From the IMG/VR virus record IMGVR_UViG_3300009108_000013, positions 1-53,923 of that record: 53,923 nt of DNA. One strand, given 5' to 3'. The notes under the pieces were generated by a model that ran no database searches, had not been told where the DNA came from, and saw only the letters and a program-made list of their open reading frames with translations. This document shows, one piece after another, positions 46,379-53,923 of this stretch. Numbering within the stretch: the stretch's first letter is position 1; each line of letters starts with the position of its first letter. A program made the position numbers and the translations under genes. This stretch comes from a virus. Taxonomy: Duplodnaviria > Caudoviricetes.

Positions 46379-46518
46379 GTGCAGAAGCCGCATTCGGTCA
46401 GGCCGTCGCCGGATGGCGACTCGCCGTGACAGTACGGGCACTCCTCTTCTAAGTTAGTTGTTTGCTCTAGTATGCCAGTCTGGTAATACTTTGTCAAGTC
46501 GTAGGTGGAATAGGTCAT
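46375..46518 (-). CDS. 47-aa Zn-ribbon peptide
   Basis: MTYSTYDLTKYY...CPYC...CGFC; ATGA overlaps on both sides. Confidence 0.6.
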   Translation of the reverse strand: MTYSTYDLTKYYQTGILEQTTNLEEECPYCHGESPSGDGLTECGFCT

Positions 46519-46640
46519 CGTTCTCCATCCTTCATCGCCTGTTCATCACGGTCGCAGTAGTCGTCGTATGCCATTTGAGCATCACAGTATTTGCATCCTG
46601 CGCCTTCGCATTCCTCGCAAGGCTCTTCCTCGTCAGTCAT
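46515..46640 (-). CDS. 41-aa acidic Cys peptide
   Basis: CEECEGAGCKYC. Confidence 0.6.
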   Translation of the reverse strand: MTDEEEPCEECEGAGCKYCDAQMAYDDYCDRDEQAMKDGER

Positions 46641-46848
46641 GCTCGCCTGCTGTCATGGCGTCCCGGCGACGAGAGATCGCTGACACGATGGTCGATGTGG
46701 ATGTGGAGAACATGGGGAAAGACCACTTGTGCGAGAAGTGATCGGTGTCCGTCTTGTTCCATGCCCATAGGTCGATGCGTTGTCGGGATGACATCGCCTT
46801 CCATTGGGCAAAGTTGTCCATGCGTTCCTGTAGTTCTTCGGGCAACAT
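46633..46848 (-). CDS. Hypothetical protein
   Basis: AAGGAG SD, coupled. Confidence 0.65.
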   Translation of the reverse strand: MLPEELQERMDNFAQWKAMSSRQRIDLWAWNKTDTDHFSHKWSFPMFSTSTSTIVSAISRRRDAMTAGEHD

Positions 46849-47129
46849 TAGTCAATCTCCTTCGCCCAGTCGTAGGGCTGCCTATCGGTGTCGATGATTC
46901 GCTCCTTCGCCCAGTCGTAGGGCTGCCTATCGGTGTCGATGATTCGGATGTGATCTTCCTCAGGACCGAAGTCGTGTGAGGGAACGATGATCTTGTCGTG
47001 GTCTAGTTTGGTGAGCCTCACGATCCATGACCAAAGCAAACTACCGATAGGGATAGCAAAGCAAGTCATGAGCATGGCGAGTACCAACATGTGTAGTGTC
47101 TCGTATGAGATAAGCGGTTCGTATGTCAT
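46848..47129 (-). CDS. Membrane protein with internal duplication, leaderless
   Basis: N-terminal TM helix; RIIDTDRQPYDWAKE x2. Confidence 0.65.
   Translation of the reverse strand: MTYEPLISYETLHMLVLAMLMTCFAIPIGSLLWSWIVRLTKLDHDKIIVPSHDFGPEEDHIRIIDTDRQPYDWAKERIIDTDRQPYDWAKEID
46857..46946. repeat. Perfect 45-bp tandem duplication
   Basis: 46857-46901 = 46902-46946. Confidence 0.9.
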
Positions 47130-47257
47130 GAGTATTAGTATAGCAGAAGGGATAGAGAATATCAAGGGTTATGCTCGCCTATACGCTCGCCTATTGCGAG
47201 GCGATTCAACTAGCAAGAGACTTGACAAGACGATCAGGGTTTGCTAAACTACCGGGC

Positions 47258-47392
47258 ATGTCAGAACGATACGATATCAAACCAAACCCCGACGGCGGAT
47301 GGCTCGTCATCGACACCGGCAATCGAAACGTCGAAGTGTCGAAGCATAAGACCCACGGTGAGGCGCTGCGAGAGGCGATCCGAAGGGGCTGA
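47258..47392 (+). CDS. DUF2188-like small protein, leaderless
   Basis: PNPDGGW.V...HKTHGEA; promoter TTGACA-17-TAAACT at 47222-47250. Confidence 0.65.
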   Translation: MSERYDIKPNPDGGWLVIDTGNRNVEVSKHKTHGEALREAIRRG

Positions 47393-47400
47393 GGACAAGG

Positions 47401-47629
47401 CCGAACATACGTTCGGAGAGATGGTCAAAGCATTGACGATCAAACATGAAGGTATGTAGCCCCGGTTGAGCCGCAGGTTACCGACGAGTAACTTACGGGA
47501 AGCGAACCAAGTCCAACCGACAAGTTACCGACCGGTAACCGAACACTTGTTCGACCAAAAAATCGCTCGCCATAACCAGCGAAATCTCAAGTTACCGACG
47601 AGTAACATCTCAAGTTACCGACGAGTAAC
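47401..47629. promoter_or_regulatory. Operator cluster: 4x GTTAC-N6-GTAAC and 2 LexA-like boxes
   Basis: GTTACCGACSRGTAAC at 47477, 47524, 47591, 47614; CGAAC-N4-GTTCG at 47401 and 47539. Confidence 0.7.
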
Positions 47630-47908
47630 ATAGCAAAACCGAATCAGCCCCGAACATTTCCGAACTTCCAACAGTGGGGGGGGAGGTTTGTGGCATTTTT
47701 TTTGTGTTCGCTTTTTCTAGAATAGTTTTATCCGGTTGCTATTTGGACGGTGGCTTCGGGGTCTAGGTAGAGTTGGCCGTATTTGGTGTTGGCTGCTATC
47801 CATCCGAAGATGACTGATTGTTTCTATCCTGTGATGGTTAGGTGTTGCCTGTTTGTGGTCCTATGGGTTTGTCGCCTATTTGTAGTTCTTTGACTTGTTT
47901 TGTTTCCA

Positions 47909-48136
47909 TTAGTTTTGGTCGTGGGGGGCTTTTGGTATTTTGGGCGCGATTTTTGTTGCTGTGTTGTGCATGTCTAGCATTCGGTCTTGGATGTCGTTGC
48001 TGGTGAAGATGTCTCTGGTGTTGGTTAGGGCTAGGAGGTCTTGGATTTCTTGTAGGAGGGTGTCTATGGGTGTGGTTGCTTGGGCGATCCATCCTTCTGT
48101 TTGGGTTTCTTCTTCTAGTGCTGGTGCTTCTGTCAT
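47909..48136 (-). CDS. Hypothetical protein
   Basis: 75-aa ORF with AGGA SD. Confidence 0.6.
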   Translation of the reverse strand: MTEAPALEEETQTEGWIAQATTPIDTLLQEIQDLLALTNTRDIFTSNDIQDRMLDMHNTATKIAPKIPKAPHDQN

Positions 48137-48250
48137 GTTGGTCCTGTCTGAGGGTAGCGGTCTTGTGTGTTTAAGGGTTACGTTGTAGGGTAGCAGCCGG
48201 GGCTGGGTGGCCTTGTTTGAAAAATATTTTTTAGTGATGTGTGTTGTTGG

Positions 48251-49207
48251 TTATGCGGGGCTGTCCCATAGGTTGTCTAGTCCTTTGATCATGCCTCCGT
48301 TGCGTAGGAATTCCACGGCTACGGATAGGCGGAAGTGATTTTTGTTGGGTGTGCCGGGTGGGTATCGTTCTTCTAGTAGGAGGATTGTTTGTTCAAAGGG
48401 GTATCCGTCCCATTCGGCGTCGAATAGGTCGTAGTCGTCTATGTTGGCTGGCGGTTCGGGTGTTGGGGCTTCTTCGGGTTCTAGTTGTGGTTCGGGTGGG
48501 GGTTGCGGTGAAGGATCTGGCTCTTCCGGAATAGAGGGGGTCGGTTCCGGGGCCGGATCCTCCACCGCAGGCTGTGTAGTTGTCGTGGGTGGGGTGCTGG
48601 TTGTAGTTGTTGTGGGGATGCTTGGGGTGCATTGGAGTTTCCAGAAGTTCCAGTTCGACACGCCGTCGAACAAATGCTCCCAGTAGGTGTTCTGATAGTG
48701 CCGCCCGTATCCGTCGTGACCCAACGCCCATTCGGTCACTATGCCTGTTTCTACGAGTGGTATGGGTGAAGTGCCGCCGTAGAGGAATACGCCGTGGTCG
48801 GTGACGGTGATGTTTGTGGACGCGATGGAGCCTTCAGCGATCAGGCGGTCAACTGTTGTTTCTAGTTTTCTGATGCATGGCGTTTTTGTTTGCCGGGTTT
48901 CGACTTCGTAGTCGGGTGGGTGAACCGTTGGCGGGATTGGGGCTGCTTGCCATACGCCGGTTTGGCCGAGGCGGCATTGGTGTTCCCAGTTTGTGTAGCC
49001 ACCTGATCCCGGCTTTTCTCCCCACCACGGGTCGTCGTATCGGAGAGCGGTTCCGCTTTGGTAGTCCTGATACCAGACCTGTTCGTTTAGCGGTCGGGTG
49101 TCTTCGGGGTCGCATGGCGCGTAGACCTGATCGTGATGGGCGCTTACTGGGGCTGCCATGACGATGGTTGAGATTATTGCTAGTAGCACGAATGCTTTGA
49201 GTTTCAT
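48251..49207 (-). CDS. Secreted Pro/Thr-rich protein
   Basis: Signal peptide MKLKAFVLLAII...VSA; T/P/E-rich linker. Confidence 0.75.
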   Translation of the reverse strand: MKLKAFVLLAIISTIVMAAPVSAHHDQVYAPCDPEDTRPLNEQVWYQDYQSGTALRYDDPWWGEKPGSGGYTNWEHQCRLGQTGVWQAAPIPPTVHPPDYEVETRQTKTPCIRKLETTVDRLIAEGSIASTNITVTDHGVFLYGGTSPIPLVETGIVTEWALGHDGYGRHYQNTYWEHLFDGVSNWNFWKLQCTPSIPTTTTTSTPPTTTTQPAVEDPAPEPTPSIPEEPDPSPQPPPEPQLEPEEAPTPEPPANIDDYDLFDAEWDGYPFEQTILLLEERYPPGTPNKNHFRLSVAVEFLRNGGMIKGLDNLWDSPA

Positions 49208-49452
49208 CTTCTTCCTCTTCTTCTGTCCCGTCGGCAGGATTCGCATCGTCGGGCGACTTTGGTTTCGCCGTTGTGCTTATATTTGAAGTCTTCGATTGTG
49301 TACCACAGTCGGCAGTCGGCGCACAAGTATTGGCCTTCGGCGTTCTTGGCTTCTGCTTCTTTTATGAATTCGGCCCGTTTTTGGGCGCGGCTTGCTTGTT
49401 TGTTGGCTTTCTTGAACCGGTTCTTAGGTCCACCGCTTGGTGTAAAACCCAT
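49204..49452 (-). CDS. Basic Zn-finger protein
   Basis: CADC...CESC. Confidence 0.7.
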   Translation of the reverse strand: MGFTPSGGPKNRFKKANKQASRAQKRAEFIKEAEAKNAEGQYLCADCRLWYTIEDFKYKHNGETKVARRCESCRRDRRRGRR

Positions 49453-49483
49453 AATGGTTCCCCTCTTTCAGATAGTTTTATCC

Positions 49484-49572
49484 GGGTAGCGACTATGCTA
49501 CCCAACCGTGCCTGCCATGCCTGACCCGGCCTTGCCTTACCTCGCCCATCGATGCCCCGACTGCCGTGTCAA
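49484..49572 (-). ncRNA. NN-GGY pentamer array, putative guide RNA (VIPR-like)
   Basis: Minus strand ACGGC AGTC GGGGC ATCGA TGGGC GAGGT AAGGC AAGGC CGGGT CAGGC ATGGC AGGC ACGGT TGGGT, ending in GGGTAGC/GCTACCC hairpin; downstream of a Cas7-like operon. Confidence 0.8.
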
Positions 49573-49573
49573 C

Positions 49574-49627
49574 GGGGGAAGGGAGAGGGTGGCGCTCTCA
49601 GCAAACCACCCTCTCCCCACATTCCCC
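49574..49627 (-). other. Strong hairpin between accessory gene and pentamer array
   Basis: GGGAGAGGGTGG/CCACCCTCTCCC 12-bp stem, no U-tail. Confidence 0.75.
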
Positions 49628-49639
49628 ATTATTCTGTTG

Positions 49640-50116
49640 TTACTCTTCGTCCTTGGGGAGTTCTGGCAGATCCTCAATTGCTGCGAGGACTGGTGTGAAC
49701 TCTTCAAAGGCGGAGAGAGCCGCCCGGTATCCACGCAAGGTGGAACGGTACCGGTTGAACAACTGTGCCCGACCGACAGCGTTCTTCAAGGCTACGTTCG
49801 TGGGAACGTACTCCTTGCGACCCGTCACGACCTCAATGGGCACGAACGCACGGACCGTTTCTGATCCGCCTGCCTGAATCAGCAGGACTTCACGGAGAAT
49901 CTTGCGAGCCTCAATGATGTTGTACTGGTAGGCAGCCTCATCAACATCCCATGTGAACCGGTCGTGGAGCGGATGCTCCGGGTCGCGTGCGACCTCAACC
50001 AGTTCCTCCGGGGTGACACCAGCAGACTGAAGGTCTGTGATGATATCGTTGATGTGGTCAACGTTTGTCTTGCGAGGAACAACAACCTCTTCTGTTGTGT
50101 CCGTTACTTCGCGCAT
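49640..50116 (-). CDS. Accessory protein coupled to the Cas7-like gene
   Basis: TPEELVEVARDPEHPLHDRFTWD..EAA...EAR motif; TAATG coupling. Confidence 0.8.
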   Translation of the reverse strand: MREVTDTTEEVVVPRKTNVDHINDIITDLQSAGVTPEELVEVARDPEHPLHDRFTWDVDEAAYQYNIIEARKILREVLLIQAGGSETVRAFVPIEVVTGRKEYVPTNVALKNAVGRAQLFNRYRSTLRGYRAALSAFEEFTPVLAAIEDLPELPKDEE

Positions 50117-50751
50117 TACTCAGCCGCTTCCTCTTCGGTGAGAACCTTCACACCACCGTCTACGGTCTGGAAACGCCCGTAGTCGCCGTTGCTCTTCGGA
50201 GCCGTGGGACGCCACTCACCGATACCGCCGATACCGGCTGCATCCACGATGGAGATGACGCTGTCCAACGACAGGATCGAAGGAATGAACTCAACCTTGA
50301 TGGTTGCGCCCCACTTCTCAAACATGGGACGGTACCGAAGGTCAACGACCCCGGTAGCGTTGCGGACGGCGTCCTCGCGCATGATCGGTTCATCGGTGAA
50401 CCCGGTGAGGCGAACCAACTGGTCCGGACCCTCGCCGTGGACAAAGATGCCCTGACGCAATGCCGTCATGGTGACGCCGTTGAAGAAACGACCGGCGCTT
50501 ACACAAGCGCCCTTGAAACCCGCAGCCGGGAAGCCGTAGGAGCCGTCGGGGAGCAGGTACTTCGCACCCTCAAACAGTTCCGCAGGGTTCTTCGGCAACT
50601 GCAACTTTTTCTTGCCAGCCTGTGCCTGCCTGATCTGCTCTTTGATCTTTTCCGAAAAGTTATTGCAGATCAAGGGCGTAAGACCCTCAACTTCGATCTC
50701 AACAACCGTAGGAACGATCTTGGTCAACTCTGTTGCTACTGACGTAGCCAT
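50116..50751 (-). CDS. Cas7/RAMP-like RNA-binding protein (Vipr-like)
   Basis: IEVEGLTPL first strand, FPAAGFKG helix, RYRPMF..W, Gly-rich loop GIGEWRP...GDYGRF. Confidence 0.75.
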   Translation of the reverse strand: MATSVATELTKIVPTVVEIEVEGLTPLICNNFSEKIKEQIRQAQAGKKKLQLPKNPAELFEGAKYLLPDGSYGFPAAGFKGACVSAGRFFNGVTMTALRQGIFVHGEGPDQLVRLTGFTDEPIMREDAVRNATGVVDLRYRPMFEKWGATIKVEFIPSILSLDSVISIVDAAGIGGIGEWRPTAPKSNGDYGRFQTVDGGVKVLTEEEAAE

Positions 50752-50816
50752 AATAGTTATCCTCTGTTCGTGTATTTACGGTAACTGACCGGAAGGATTT
50801 CCGTGCCAGTAGGGGT

Positions 50817-50845
50817 AGTGTATCGAACCTTTGGGTTCGTGTCAA
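50817..50845 (-). promoter_or_regulatory. Promoter of the Cas7-like operon with palindromic spacer
   Basis: TTGACA-CGAACCCAAAGGTTCGA-TACACT. Confidence 0.75.
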
Positions 50846-50867
50846 GTATTTGAATGTTGCGGTTCTA

Positions 50868-51023
50868 TTACAAGCCTAGCCTGCGATACCATGCCTTTGC
50901 ATGGATCTCGCATCGGGGATAGTGTCGCCCGTCACGGTATCGGACATGGAATTTCACATCCCCGGAACAAGCACCGACACCCTCGGGCCGATAGTTAGCA
51001 CACGCTGCTGCTGGTAATGGCAT
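50868..51023 (-). CDS. 51-aa Cys/His protein
   Basis: AAGGAGGT SD; MPLPAAACANY...CEIH. Confidence 0.65.
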   Translation of the reverse strand: MPLPAAACANYRPEGVGACSGDVKFHVRYRDGRHYPRCEIHAKAWYRRLGL

Positions 51024-51042
51024 GATGACCTCCTTCTAAGGT

Positions 51043-51228
51043 CTAAGTTTTGGGCTGGAATGCCCATGTTGCTATTCGTAACTCTCTGATCTCTGCACGC
51101 AGAGCCCAAACCTCTTCCATCATCCACATGATGGCATCGGACTCAATATCTTCACTGTCTAACTCAGTAATGTTGTTGTGGTGTTGGCGGTACATGGCCA
51201 CCAACTTGACCATGGCTTTGTCGGTCAT
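51043..51228 (-). CDS. Small hypothetical protein
   Basis: GAGGAG SD. Confidence 0.7.
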   Translation of the reverse strand: MTDKAMVKLVAMYRQHHNNITELDSEDIESDAIMWMMEEVWALRAEIRELRIATWAFQPKT

Positions 51229-51276
51229 ATCTCCTCTAGGGTGCTGCTAGGCGTATTTGTGGGCGTGCTTTGATGC

Positions 51277-51453
51277 TCACGGGGTGTTCCTTTCGTTGGG
51301 TTCACGGTCGCAGATTTCGCCGTGGATTCTCGCTAGTGTAGCGAGTTCGGGGTGGAGGCGGTTGGCTGACACCGGGTATTGGTCGGCTAGTTCGCAGACA
51401 CGGTTGACGAGTGCCCGATACACAGCCTCCCACGGGAACGGCTCATCGGTCAT
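51277..51453 (-). CDS. 58-aa hypothetical protein
   Basis: MTDEPFPWEAVYRALVNRVCELAD... Confidence 0.5.
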   Translation of the reverse strand: MTDEPFPWEAVYRALVNRVCELADQYPVSANRLHPELATLARIHGEICDREPNERNTP

Positions 51454-51589
51454 TTCATATCCCTTCCGCTAGCGGCAGCAATGTGCAACCGTGTCTTAGC
51501 CGTCATGTAGGCAACGGTTGTTTCATTTCTGACAGGAGGTGCAAAGAAACTCCAGTTTTTTTGTAGGTCGATAAGTAATGCACTAACGA

Positions 51590-52348
51590 TCATTGCTGGG
51601 CCTCCACATCAAGGAGCAGCCTGCGCTTCAACTCCTGACACAGATCAGCCTCAGTCGTAAACCACTCCGCCAGTTCGTGGTTTTCGGTACGCTCCATGTC
51701 CACAGATGTGTTGAGGGTGTGATCGAAGGCATCGTCTAAGCCTCGTTCGATTCTGCACCAGTCATCCCAGTTCACCTGAAGGGTGAACATCTGCTCATCC
51801 CATTGCACGACATTTTCTGGCGCAACTTCGATGGTGTCGAATGATCGCCCAACAATCTCTACTGCGATACCAGATGGGTGGGTTCCAGACTCCTGAACGG
51901 ACGGCTCCCGCAACCCGAACAGGCACCTGTCGGCCTCATGCACGCCGTCGTCGTCCGTGATTGGCCCCCACGACCAGTCCAATGTCTCCAACTCGAACGC
52001 TGGGAAGCGGTACTTGCCGCAACTACAAGGTGCAGCCTGTAACTTTTCGTCTGTTCCACAAGGTGCAGCCTGTACATCCGCATCCTGAGATGCACTATCC
52101 GCTTCGTGGACATCACCAATCAGCCACGGCACCGCTCGATCCATCAGTTTCTTCAACCCAGGTAGGAACCTGGGGCGGTCGTCGTCGACCATCGCAACAA
52201 ACTCATCCCACGCCTTCTCCTCCAAAAGAAACACCCTGTCCTCGTCTAAACAGACACAGGTCGGATCTTTCCCAGCCTCAGCCCTGAACGTCCCCCAATC
52301 CGTCACACCGTAACAAACAGAACAGTTGGTTGGCAGCCTGTTACCCAT
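51590..52348 (-). CDS. Hypothetical protein
   Basis: 252 aa, coupled to rusA; contains a 17-nt duplication (QAAPC x2). Confidence 0.65.
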   Translation of the reverse strand: MGNRLPTNCSVCYGVTDWGTFRAEAGKDPTCVCLDEDRVFLLEEKAWDEFVAMVDDDRPRFLPGLKKLMDRAVPWLIGDVHEADSASQDADVQAAPCGTDEKLQAAPCSCGKYRFPAFELETLDWSWGPITDDDGVHEADRCLFGLREPSVQESGTHPSGIAVEIVGRSFDTIEVAPENVVQWDEQMFTLQVNWDDWCRIERGLDDAFDHTLNTSVDMERTENHELAEWFTTEADLCQELKRRLLLDVEAQQ

Positions 52349-52689
52349 TACCGCTTCTTCCCGACAAGACGATGCACCTGGCGGTCATCGTCATACGCCA
52401 AGCCGTTCAAAGCATCCTCGACAAGTTTCAAATAGTTGGATACGTCACCACGAAGCGGCGACTTCTCAACCGCCAACGGAGTCAACGAAATAATGATCTT
52501 GTCTTTCTGAAACACACACGACAACGACACAGGCCCCTCAAACTTCGGCCCACTGTACGCCTCCGCTATTATCTGCTCGGCATCTATCGTCGCCTTCGGC
52601 GTGTACGTGCGTCCCCGCGCAAAACGGGGACGCCCCTTCACCCTGGGGCTGGTATGCACCGTGAACTTGTGTGTCAACGGGTTCGGCAT
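52348..52689 (-). CDS. rusA: RusA-family Holliday junction resolvase
   Basis: KGRPRF, GDVSNYLKLVEDALNGLAYDDDRQV. Confidence 0.9.
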   Translation of the reverse strand: MPNPLTHKFTVHTSPRVKGRPRFARGRTYTPKATIDAEQIIAEAYSGPKFEGPVSLSCVFQKDKIIISLTPLAVEKSPLRGDVSNYLKLVEDALNGLAYDDDRQVHRLVGKKR

Positions 52690-53654
52690 CAATCTCTCCC
52701 AACGTCAGTGTCGATCTTGGCATGTTCAACGAGTTCATGCAGACGCTTCTCGCGGTCGGAGCGGCCAACAAACTTGCCGATCTTCTCATCCAGGGCGGCA
52801 GACCAACGGAACACAGAGTCATCTCTGTAGTTTTGGCGAAACAGGGAGCAGGCGAAGGCGTACAGGGCGTTTGACCTGTCTTCTCGAACGTCGCCTTCCC
52901 ATATCTGTCTCGCTATGTATTTGAAGTTTTTGTCGTCACGTCCCTGGATGGCGCCGACACCCGACTCGTCGAGGAAAGCATTCGCCCTCCTGAGGTGTCG
53001 TTCCTTGTGTAGCGAGTGGAGGGTTTGTATCGAGTGGACGGGTGCCCTGGTTGTCCACGCCAGATGCGTGAACCGTGCAACGGTTGTCGGGCTGTCGTCC
53101 TCGTCGAGGATGACCTGTCGGCCAGGGTTCGACATGTTGGGGAACGGAAGTAGCAAACAGTTGCCGTATCCTTTGCCGTCGAGTTCTGTTTGTTTCGGAT
53201 ACACCTCTCTGGTTGGTACATCAATGAGTTCGCATGCTCCGAACAGGGCTTCACGCGCCAGGACAGCGGTTACTGGTTGTTTCAGGTACACCCAGATGTG
53301 GAATCCTTTGGAGCGGGAACGCTCAATGAACGCTGTGATCCCAAACTTGTTGAGTAGCAGTTTCAGGTTCTTGGCGTGGACGAGGTCGCCTTCGCCTTCG
53401 TCGAGGTCGACTGCGCACCAGTTGACATGCCATCTGCCGCCGTGGTCGTCGTTGCGGAACAGTGGGTACACCCCGATGGGTGGTTCGTCGTTGAGGTGGT
53501 CTCTGATTGCGTCTTCGTACGGCTCCCCTGTTGCTGCGTATGGGGCGCCCTGGGCGTCTACGAGAGGTTTGATGCTGCCGTAGTTGATGGCGATGCGGCC
53601 TCCTTCGTGGAGGGCCGCAAACATTGCCACTGTTTCTTCGGTTACATCATCCAT
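52689..53654 (-). CDS. AEP/TOTE-type DNA primase with C-terminal helical domain
   Basis: IGVYP, AVDLDEGE, ERSRSKGFHIWV, EVYPKQ, GNCLLLP, DRSNALY. Confidence 0.85.
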   Translation of the reverse strand: MDDVTEETVAMFAALHEGGRIAINYGSIKPLVDAQGAPYAATGEPYEDAIRDHLNDEPPIGVYPLFRNDDHGGRWHVNWCAVDLDEGEGDLVHAKNLKLLLNKFGITAFIERSRSKGFHIWVYLKQPVTAVLAREALFGACELIDVPTREVYPKQTELDGKGYGNCLLLPFPNMSNPGRQVILDEDDSPTTVARFTHLAWTTRAPVHSIQTLHSLHKERHLRRANAFLDESGVGAIQGRDDKNFKYIARQIWEGDVREDRSNALYAFACSLFRQNYRDDSVFRWSAALDEKIGKFVGRSDREKRLHELVEHAKIDTDVGRD

Positions 53655-53923
53655 TGGCCTGGTATGTCAGAGTCGAAGTATTCTCGAACCATGCCGCAGC
53701 GAGGGTCCATGAAGTAGTCGATTGGCGGGTTGGTTATCTCGCAGGGAGGACGCTTGTTCTTGCACAGGTCTAGTGAAACAGATACCGAATGGATTCGTTT
53801 CTCATGGTCGTCGAGTTTCGGGTTATCTCGTTTGCGAAACACATTCAACTGGAGGATGGCGTATTCGTCAGCGTTGAACTTGCCGTCGTCCATGCCCCTG
53901 GAGGAACCACGCGTCGATGACTT
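53642..53923 (-). CDS. C-terminus of probable DnaB/RecA-like helicase (truncated by window)
   Basis: Frame is open to the window end; LCKNKR motif; directly upstream of primase. Confidence 0.55.
   Translation of the reverse strand, partial: KSSTRGSSRGMDDGKFNADEYAILQLNVFRKRDNPKLDDHEKRIHSVSVSLDLCKNKRPPCEITNPPIDYFMDPRCGMVREYFDSDIPGQWMM

Noticed and set aside
49484-49640. Canonical CRISPR array next to the Cas7-like gene
   Set aside because: No 25-40 bp repeats with unique spacers were seen anywhere in the window; the only periodicity is the 5-nt GGY pattern.
50823-50839. LexA box in the Cas7-like promoter
   Set aside because: Half-sites are 6 nt apart rather than 4; treated as a different palindrome.
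50065-53583. Long plus-strand ORFs (50065..50742, 52915..53583 and others)
   Set aside because: Antisense to well-supported minus-strand genes and without recognisable motifs.
1-53923. Self-target of the pentamer guide within this window
   Set aside because: By eye I found only partial matches (TGtGAcAA in promoter elements); a pattern search is needed.

Overview
This is a segment of a large tailed-phage genome. The host is almost certainly actinobacterial, possibly Acidimicrobiia, judging from two WhiB genes, actinobacterial LexA boxes, leaderless genes and a ferredoxin remnant. 1-21 kb (mostly + strand): end of the tail/lysis region, a 1519-aa acidic lipoprotein, a glycan-modifying cluster, metallophosphoesterase, WhiB, probable terminase small subunit, an IMPDH/GMPR-family enzyme and RmlB. 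About 21.1-47.7 kb: an early/accessory region bounded by two strand-skew switches. It is built from tiny transcription units with near-consensus TTGACA-17-TATACT promoters (ten back-to-back pairs), stereotyped terminator junctions, many micro-ORFs and at least eight structured RNA candidates, including a tag-less mini-tmRNA and a tRNA mimic. It also carries MoxR/VWA, Fic, HDAC-family and phosphatase genes. 47.7-53.9 kb (- strand): helicase fragment, AEP primase, RusA and a self-contained operon. That operon holds a Cas7/RAMP-like gene, an accessory gene and a hairpin-flanked non-coding array of NN-GGY pentamers, which is the best candidate here for an RNA-guided, VIPR-like system. All protein calls come from motif recognition by eye; no searches were run.
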